Shown here piece after piece: positions 25,903 to 32,000 of a DNA stretch of 32,000 nucleotides. The position numbers were made by a program, and so were the translations under genes. Numbering within the stretch: the first letter of the stretch is position 1; each line of letters starts with the position of its first letter. This DNA is from Candidatus Saccharimonadota bacterium (lineage in GTDB: Bacteria; Patescibacteriota; Saccharimonadia; Saccharimonadales; UBA4665), in the NCBI GenBank assembly GCA_002952755.1, contig CP025011.1:1350001-1382000 (forward strand). The letters are read 5' to 3'. Under the pieces are notes generated by a model. The model was not told the origin of the DNA and did not search any database. It worked only from the letters and a program-made list of their open reading frames with translations.

Positions 25903-27123
25903 CTAGCGGAGAAAGTCCAATAAATGGCTAGCTTTTTGCGAACCCTTTAGTGTCTCAAGGGCTCTGTTCTGAATCTGGCGGATACGCTCACGAGTAACTC
26001 CGTATACCTTAGCAATCGATTCAAGAGTATACTCATGCCCATCTACGAGTCCAAAACGCAACCTCAAGACCCACGCCTGCTGCTCGGGTAGCGTGGACAA
26101 AACTTTCTCAAGAGCTTCGCCCATTACCGCATGGGCAGTGATATTTTCCGGGGACGCTGCATCATCCTCCATAATATTGTCGCCGACCGTCTGATCCTCA
26201 CCCCACGGATCAGCGAACGATAGATTATCTCGCGAAAGTATAAGCAACTCCGTCACTTTTTCCGGTGGCATATCCACGACGGCAGCAATACCCTCTGGTG
26301 TTGGGTCGTCGGCCATCTGCTGCTGCAGCGTCTCGCGCGCGCGTCTTACCTTGCTCAAGCTCTCTGCTACATGTACCGGAACGCGAATAGTTCGGGCCTG
26401 GTCAGCCATCGCACGCGTGATGCTCTGGCGGATCCACCAAGTGGAGTAGGTTGAAAACTTAAAGCCCTTAGTATAATCAAACTTTTCGACTGCACGGATC
26501 AGACCAATATTTCCTTCCTGGATGAGATCCATAAGTGTCATACCCCGGCCCGTATATCGTTTTGCTAACGACACTACCAGGCGTAGATTTGCTTCCTCCA
26601 AATGATCCTTGGCCCTGCGACCATCTTCGGCGATAATCCCCAGTTCCCGGCGGAATTCAGGTTTTAGCTTTTCGCCAGAATTGAGCTTGTGCTCGGCATA
26701 CAGGCCAGCTTCGATCCGCTTTGCGAGATCAACTTCTTGCTCGGCATTCAGTAATGGGACTTTACCAATCTGTCGTAGATAATCTCTTACTGGGTCGGCT
26801 GACACCACACCTTCGTTGCGACCCCTGGTTGGACTATCGTTAGCCGGCATGTCCTCTTCCTGTTCTACTAGATCGGATATCCACAAGCCATCGTCAGCTG
26901 ACGGATCGCCCGCCACAGATACAGGCGTTTCTTCACCCTCTTCGGCAAAAGCATCTACTTCGGCTAGTGCGATGGCGCCAGCGACACCAACAACCACTCC
27001 ATCACTATGCCCAGCGACATCTTCTAAAGCTTCATCCAGGAAAGTGGAACCTAGGTCGCTAAGCGCTGCGCCACTTTCGTGCGGATCCAGAAAAGGAGCC
27101 TTCGCAGATATATCGTTTTCCAT
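25903..27123 (-). CDS. sigma-70 family (RpoD/SigA-like) factor
   Basis: 406 aa with an acidic N-terminus of about 110 aa and then full regions 1.2-4.2 ([64 protein letters not shown]). Confidence 0.9.
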   Translation of the reverse strand: MENDISAKAPFLDPHESGAALSDLGSTFLDEALEDVAGHSDGVVVGVAGAIALAEVDAFAEEGEETPVSVAGDPSADDGLWISDLVEQEEDMPANDSPTRGRNEGVVSADPVRDYLRQIGKVPLLNAEQEVDLAKRIEAGLYAEHKLNSGEKLKPEFRRELGIIAEDGRRAKDHLEEANLRLVVSLAKRYTGRGMTLMDLIQEGNIGLIRAVEKFDYTKGFKFSTYSTWWIRQSITRAMADQARTIRVPVHVAESLSKVRRARETLQQQMADDPTPEGIAAVVDMPPEKVTELLILSRDNLSFADPWGEDQTVGDNIMEDDAASPENITAHAVMGEALEKVLSTLPEQQAWVLRLRFGLVDGHEYTLESIAKVYGVTRERIRQIQNRALETLKGSQKASHLLDFLR

Positions 27124-27175
27124 GTATTTCTACCTGTACATCTATGCAAATTGTAAATACATGAATCATGGTATC

Positions 27176-27193
27176 GCAAAATTATAATTTTGC
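27176..27193. promoter_or_regulatory. 18-bp perfect palindrome in the divergent sigma / ATPase intergenic region
   Basis: GCAAAATTATAATTTTGC is its own reverse complement and reads as a TATAAT hexamer on both strands. The sequence fact is certain. Operator or promoter function is only a guess. Confidence 0.3.
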
Positions 27194-27300
27194 ACGCTTT
27201 TCGTTCAGCCGTTATCCTGCAAGTATCCCTTGGCACGAAAATGCTTCCTATAGCAAACAGGACAAGACTAAACCATAAGGTCTTCAGTTATACTGTTTGC

Positions 27301-30105
27301 ATGGATAACTCTCCTCAACTTCCCTACTACCGAATGGACGCGGCAACGGTGCTTGAACAGTTTAAAACAAAACCGGAAGGGCTTGATACACGTGAAGCTG
27401 CCGAGCGTTTAGAACGCAATGGGGCAAATGAACTAATACGAACGAAGCGGGAGCTGGCCATCGTTACCTTTTGGCGTCAGTTTAAAAACTTATTGGTTGT
27501 TATTCTAATTATTAGCGGTGGGTTTTCAGTTTTTTTACATGACTATCGCACCAGCACCATCTTGTTTCTGATCGCGCTTATCAACGCAACTATCGGTTTT
27601 GTGCAGGAGCATAAGGCCGAAAACCTTATGGCCAGTCTGGAAAAGCTGACCGTACCCCAAGCGAAGGTAGTCCGTGGAAACAAACTGCGTACCGTAAACT
27701 CTGCCGAGCTGGTGCTAGGCGACATCGTATATGTAGAAGAAGGCGACTCAGTGCCGGCTGATTTGCGCATCATCAGCGAGCAGGAGCTTGCCACCAACGA
27801 TTTTGCGCTCACGGGCGAAAGCAACCCAACTCGCAAGTTTGTCCACGCCATTACCGGCGATGTCCCACTTGCTAACCGCCATAATCTACTCTTTATGGGC
27901 ACAACGGTAGCGACTGGCAATGGCCACGGCGTAGTTATAGGTACCGCTATGCGTACAGAGTTGGGGCGTATTGCCAATCTCAGCCAGTCTACCAAAACGG
28001 ACACGTCGCCGCTGCAGCGCGAGCTAAACCACCTGAGTAAACGTCTGACTCAAGGGGTGGCTATCCTGGCCGTTGCCCTCACCTATGTCGCTCTGCAGTC
28101 TCACTTAGGAATTAAAGCCGCACTGCTTTTTGCCATTAGTATTAGTGCCGCCATGATTCCCAACGGCTTGGCCGCTGAGGTCAGTATCACGCTGGCTCAA
28201 ACAGCTGGGCGTATGGCCAAAGCTAGAGCGCTCGTCAAAAAACTATCGGCTGTAGAGACATTGGGCGCTACCACGATTATCGCCACCGACAAAACGGGCA
28301 CACTTACCAAGAACGAAATGACTGTCGAACGTGTGATGATTGGCAAAAACGAATATCTAGTGACTGGCACCGGCTACGAAACCAATGGCTTTATTGCTGA
28401 TTCCATGGGCGAACCGCTCACTAAGGAACAACTCAAAAAGCTACAGTTCTTCTTCGAAGCGGGCGCTATGGCCAGCAATGCCCACGTGAACCCGCCGGAT
28501 GATGAGCATGCCACGTGGTACTGCGTGGGTGACCCTACTGAAGGCGCGCTTATTACGCTGGCCCGCAAGGCAGAAGTAAGCCCTGAAGCGTTGGATAAAA
28601 GATATGCCGAGATAAAAGAATTCCAGTTCGACTCTGCTCGCAAGCGCATGAGTTCGGTGCGCAAGTATCCTGATGAAATGAGGGTATTCACGAAAGGCGC
28701 TCCAGAAAGTGTGCTTGAGCGCTGTACACATATCTGGGATCAAGGGCGCGTCCGAACACTCACCAAAAAAGATCGGGCATTTTTTATTGGCTATAACGAA
28801 TCACGCGCATCGGAAGCTATGCGCAACCTGGCCTATGCCTACGGCACGCTTTCTAGGGGATCTAAACCCACCAAAATGCCCTTTGATGAGGTCGAAAAAG
28901 ACCTGATTTTTATGGGTATGGTTTCGATGGTCGATCCGCTGCGCGAGCAAGTGCCTGCTGCGATGCTTGCTGCACAAGGTGCACATATTAAGGTGTCAGT
29001 CATCACAGGCGACTACCCTACAACCGCCGAGGCAATTGCCAAAAAAGCGAACTTAGCAGCGCCTGGCGAAGCGGTAAAAATTGTACTCGGTGAGGATTTG
29101 CCCGGACTCAGCGACCAGCAGATCTTACAGCTTGTGGACCGTGGCGGCGTTGTCTTCTCCCGGGTGGCTCCCGAGGATAAACTGCGCATTGTAGAAATCG
29201 CCAAAGCTGCGCAACAAGTCGTGGCTGTGACAGGCGATGGTATTAATGACGCTCCTGCCTTGAAACGCGCCGACATTGGTGTGGCGATGGGCCGCACTGG
29301 CACCGATGTCGCTAAGCAGGCCGCTGCGATTGTATTGCTTGATGACAGCTTTAGCACGCTTGTTAGCGCCATCCAGCAAGGTCGGCTCACCTTCCGGAAT
29401 ATCGTCAAAGCGGCTCGATGCGCGCTTACCGACAATGCGGGGGAATTATTTGCGGTGCTGATTAGCCTGGGCGCTCAAGCGATTTTCCATATCCCAATCG
29501 CCATTTTAGCCGTCCAGATCTTAGCTATCGACATCATCGCCGAATTATTCCCGGTTACGGCCCTCGGCTGGGATCCAGCTCAAAATGACCTGATGCACGA
29601 CAAACCGCGCAATTTAAAAGACCATATCATTAATGTACGTACGATCGGCGAGTTTGTAGGCTATGGACTACTCGCCGCATCACTTGCCTATGGCAATTTC
29701 CTGTTCTTCTTTCACCGCAACCATCTCAGCCCCGTAAAGTTCGACATACATAGCCATGCATACGCTGAGGCAACCATCCTCACCTACATTACTATTGTGC
29801 TGTGCCAATTTATTAATCTGCTGCTCGTGCGTACCAGCGATAAAGAGCCATTCTTTACCGCCTACTTATGGAGCAACAAAAAACTTCTGGCTGCCTTTGG
29901 CGCATCACTCTTCTGCATTTTTAATATTGTCTACAACCCATGGGTGCAGCCGTATTTCAATGCGCGCGGCCTAACTACCGCCGACTGGCTGTGCGCGGTC
30001 ATCGCAGCATCCATATACTTCGCTATCCGCTTGTTCCAACGCTACAGCAAACAGCACAGCCGCAAGGCGGTACTGTTATTACATCGTCAGACATCGGCCA
30101 GTTAG
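27301..30105 (+). CDS. cation-transporting P-type ATPase (P2-like)
   Basis: TGES (LTGESNP), the phosphorylation site DKTGTLT, the hinge TGDGINDAPALKRADIGVAMG, about 10 TM segments, and an N-terminal cation-ATPase-N-like segment. The ATG at 27301 is preferred over the longer ORF start. Confidence 0.9.
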   Translation: MDNSPQLPYYRMDAATVLEQFKTKPEGLDTREAAERLERNGANELIRTKRELAIVTFWRQFKNLLVVILIISGGFSVFLHDYRTSTILFLIALINATIGFVQEHKAENLMASLEKLTVPQAKVVRGNKLRTVNSAELVLGDIVYVEEGDSVPADLRIISEQELATNDFALTGESNPTRKFVHAITGDVPLANRHNLLFMGTTVATGNGHGVVIGTAMRTELGRIANLSQSTKTDTSPLQRELNHLSKRLTQGVAILAVALTYVALQSHLGIKAALLFAISISAAMIPNGLAAEVSITLAQTAGRMAKARALVKKLSAVETLGATTIIATDKTGTLTKNEMTVERVMIGKNEYLVTGTGYETNGFIADSMGEPLTKEQLKKLQFFFEAGAMASNAHVNPPDDEHATWYCVGDPTEGALITLARKAEVSPEALDKRYAEIKEFQFDSARKRMSSVRKYPDEMRVFTKGAPESVLERCTHIWDQGRVRTLTKKDRAFFIGYNESRASEAMRNLAYAYGTLSRGSKPTKMPFDEVEKDLIFMGMVSMVDPLREQVPAAMLAAQGAHIKVSVITGDYPTTAEAIAKKANLAAPGEAVKIVLGEDLPGLSDQQILQLVDRGGVVFSRVAPEDKLRIVEIAKAAQQVVAVTGDGINDAPALKRADIGVAMGRTGTDVAKQAAAIVLLDDSFSTLVSAIQQGRLTFRNIVKAARCALTDNAGELFAVLISLGAQAIFHIPIAILAVQILAIDIIAELFPVTALGWDPAQNDLMHDKPRNLKDHIINVRTIGEFVGYGLLAASLAYGNFLFFFHRNHLSPVKFDIHSHAYAEATILTYITIVLCQFINLLLVRTSDKEPFFTAYLWSNKKLLAAFGASLFCIFNIVYNPWVQPYFNARGLTTADWLCAVIAASIYFAIRLFQRYSKQHSRKAVLLLHRQTSAS

Positions 30106-30118
30106 GCCGCCTGTTACA

Positions 30119-31210
30119 TTAGGAAGCCTGTAATGCGTTTGGATGAAGGCGCAGGTACAGTTGGTGGAGGTGCGAGGCAAACGAATGCACCTCGGGCATA
30201 TGTAAAAGTTGAGGTTGCTGTGCTAGCTTTGGATCTCCTGATTGCGCGGATGTATATCCCACCATGTGTGGCCTCCAACCCATATCGAGAAACAATGAGA
30301 GAGCGGCGACTTTCTGGTAGACCGCATAGTCGGACCGGGTAGCAAATGCTACGTTAGACCCTTCTGGAATCATGTCACCCAGTGCATGTTCCATTGCAGC
30401 ATATGTATGTGCCGTTTGAGCACGACCACGCTTGGCGTCGGCCGGCTTCGGTGCACGTATATGGTGGATTTCTCTGTCGCCTGCAGCCTGTATAACCACT
30501 AACCCCCGTTCGCCTTCCGCCGCCTTAAAGCCTACATCTTTCAGTTCTCTATATTCTTCCGCAACCTCGCCGCCAAGTATCACTCGGCCAGCCGCCAATT
30601 CAAGATCAAATTCAGTTTGCGCTCCTGGAGCAAATGTGTGGACGTCTTTATCCTCACCCTTATGATAGAACAGGCCACGACTGCTACTGAGTGTAAAGTG
30701 CCGGGCGGCCCCCAAGGGAGAATTCGGCCTTTCCGAGTAACGGTCTCTATTGATAGGGTGTTTGCCGTCTGGAGAAAATTGAGTAATATCGTAGCCAAAT
30801 GATGCTTCTATGCGTTGAAATACGCCAAATCCGGCGCAACCTAGACTACCGCTAAAGTGAGGTGTCACTCCCGGAGATAGATGCTTTGGTTTATCGAAAT
30901 CGAGCATAGCATACAGCCTGTTCGCCTCGCGGGAAGTACTGCTATCAGCTTGGTCTATGCCGGGTAAGCCTGTCTTTTCTCCCCACTCTCCACTAAGCAA
31001 ATCAAGCTCCTGACGCTCCGCTCCTGCCATCATGCCACGCAAATTCATATGCCCGTTGGTCATCGTCAGGATATCGGAAAGGCGACGATCTACACTTTCT
31101 TGCGACAAGGGATCTAGGCGAAACAATGCTGCAAAACCATCCCATACCTCTAGCTCAACCTGTCTGCTGATATCAGCCGAGACGAGGTCCACTCGTTGTT
31201 CAATACTCAT
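30119..31210 (-). CDS. hypothetical protein, translationally coupled to the upstream M15 dipeptidase
   Basis: The ATG at 31210-31208 overlaps the upstream TGA (31209-31207) as ATGA. 363 aa from MSIEQRV... with no TM segment and no family motif I can name. The annotated 401-aa ORF start would overlap the upstream gene by 118 nt. Confidence 0.6.
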   Translation of the reverse strand: MSIEQRVDLVSADISRQVELEVWDGFAALFRLDPLSQESVDRRLSDILTMTNGHMNLRGMMAGAERQELDLLSGEWGEKTGLPGIDQADSSTSREANRLYAMLDFDKPKHLSPGVTPHFSGSLGCAGFGVFQRIEASFGYDITQFSPDGKHPINRDRYSERPNSPLGAARHFTLSSSRGLFYHKGEDKDVHTFAPGAQTEFDLELAAGRVILGGEVAEEYRELKDVGFKAAEGERGLVVIQAAGDREIHHIRAPKPADAKRGRAQTAHTYAAMEHALGDMIPEGSNVAFATRSDYAVYQKVAALSLFLDMGWRPHMVGYTSAQSGDPKLAQQPQLLHMPEVHSFASHLHQLYLRLHPNALQAS

Positions 31211-32000
31211 ATAAAATCCTTTCCCTCTACTTTTACAGCCCCATAAAAGGCATAGGGTGCTTCGAGATAGGCTGCCCACATCTGATCGCCACACGACCAG
31301 TGCCACCATTCGTTGGGGTTGCAAATAAAACCACTGTCGGCCTCAAGTAAGGCACCGCGCATGATCCAATAATAAGCACGACGGTTGCGCTGAGCGGTAA
31401 CTTCGGAAGCCAGCAGCTTAGTCTTGTGTTCGTAATAATCCAGTGCAGCAGCATCGATATTATCTATGCTGCGGGCACCCATCGGTACAAAGCTGCCGGC
31501 GACAAAGCCTTGTTCCTCACGGGCATAGCGCAGCTTGATATCGACCGCAGCCCCGGTCAAATGGGGCTCGGGCGAATCGGGACTTGGCTTTGCGATAAGA
31601 CGATTACGCCAGGCGAGAATCTCTTGTTCACTCAGATGGGGATGTCGTTTGCGTAGCGCGTCTGGAAGGAGAACATCGTGGAGTTTGGCTTGCAGTTCCG
31701 GCGAGCGCAGCCCCTCATCTACATATAGCTCAACCTTACGGCCAAAAAGCCGCTCGACTTCTACCGATCGTTGTAGCGCAAAATTAAGATCACTAAGCCG
31801 CTCTGCGATGCTTTGCCTAACGAACACGTTTTTTGATACACCGGGAAAGCCAACGTCCGACAGCCAATTCGGCCGAGAATAATAGCTTTGTCCAGGGATA
31901 CCATATAATGCCAGATCGACTACTGACTCGGAGTTACGCTCGGCTACAACTATAGGATAACCACGCCTGCCCTGGATGCGGCCGCGAGCGCCCGTTTGAT
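31207..32000 (-). CDS. peptidase M15 family, VanX/DdpX-like D-Ala-D-Ala dipeptidase (5' end probably beyond window)
   Basis: Zinc-site motifs HLTGAAVD (HxxGxAxD) and NEWWHW (ExxH). The reading frame stays open from the GTG at 31827 up to position 32000 and encodes VanX-like N-terminal sequence (VVDLALYGIPGQSYY). Confidence 0.7.
   Translation of the reverse strand, partial: QTGARGRIQGRRGYPIVVAERNSESVVDLALYGIPGQSYYSRPNWLSDVGFPGVSKNVFVRQSIAERLSDLNFALQRSVEVERLFGRKVELYVDEGLRSPELQAKLHDVLLPDALRKRHPHLSEQEILAWRNRLIAKPSPDSPEPHLTGAAVDIKLRYAREEQGFVAGSFVPMGARSIDNIDAAALDYYEHKTKLLASEVTAQRNRRAYYWIMRGALLEADSGFICNPNEWWHWSCGDQMWAAYLEAPYAFYGAVKVEGKDFI

Noticed and set aside
27190-27300. 37-codon N-terminal extension of the P-type ATPase ORF
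   Set aside because: The extension overlaps the intergenic palindrome and has no similarity to ATPase N-termini. The cation-ATPase-N-like segment begins right after the ATG at 27301.
31211-31324. 38-codon N-terminal extension of the 401-aa ORF overlapping the M15 gene
   Set aside because: It would overlap the dipeptidase by 118 nt. The internal ATG forms a classic ATGA stop-start overlap and is the more parsimonious start.

Overview
The window is a densely coded (about 90%) stretch of about 50% GC bacterial chromosome. It is dominated by housekeeping genes, most of them on the minus strand. In window order: rpsR, ssb and rpsF (transcribed rpsF-ssb-rpsR on the minus strand), an orphan HExxH membrane protein, ftsK, RNase J, a family-4-like uracil-DNA glycosylase, pnp, rpsO, truB, a degenerate DHH-like protein, rpsT, holA, an HD hydrolase, mutM, a DUF721/DciA-like protein, small accessory enzymes (a split HAD, VOC, Nudix, SIMPL), polA, two tandem RpoD-like sigma factors, a P-type ATPase, and an M15 (VanX-like) dipeptidase translationally coupled to an unknown protein. 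I saw no rRNA, tRNA, CRISPR array, transposase or integrase. The DHH-truB-rpsO-pnp gene order, the short-linker sigma architecture, tight gene packing and many low-complexity tails suggest a reduced-genome bacterium of Actinobacteria-like or Patescibacteria/Saccharibacteria-like affinity. That is inference only and I cannot verify it here. I did not find a convincing multi-gene novel system such as a defence island. The best leads are: (1) a 100-nt element with a perfect 26-bp inverted repeat downstream of holA and rpsT; (2) tandem sigma-70 paralogs, one with a roughly 385-aa uncharacterised N-terminal domain, and a start-codon-sequestering hairpin on the other; (3) the VanX-like dipeptidase with an ATGA-coupled 363-aa orphan; (4) a roughly 600-bp unexplained non-coding gap next to a split HAD gene; (5) a degenerate DHH domain fused to a roughly 430-aa proline-rich tail; (6) an orphan HExxH membrane protein. 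All functional calls come from motif recognition by eye. No database search was run.
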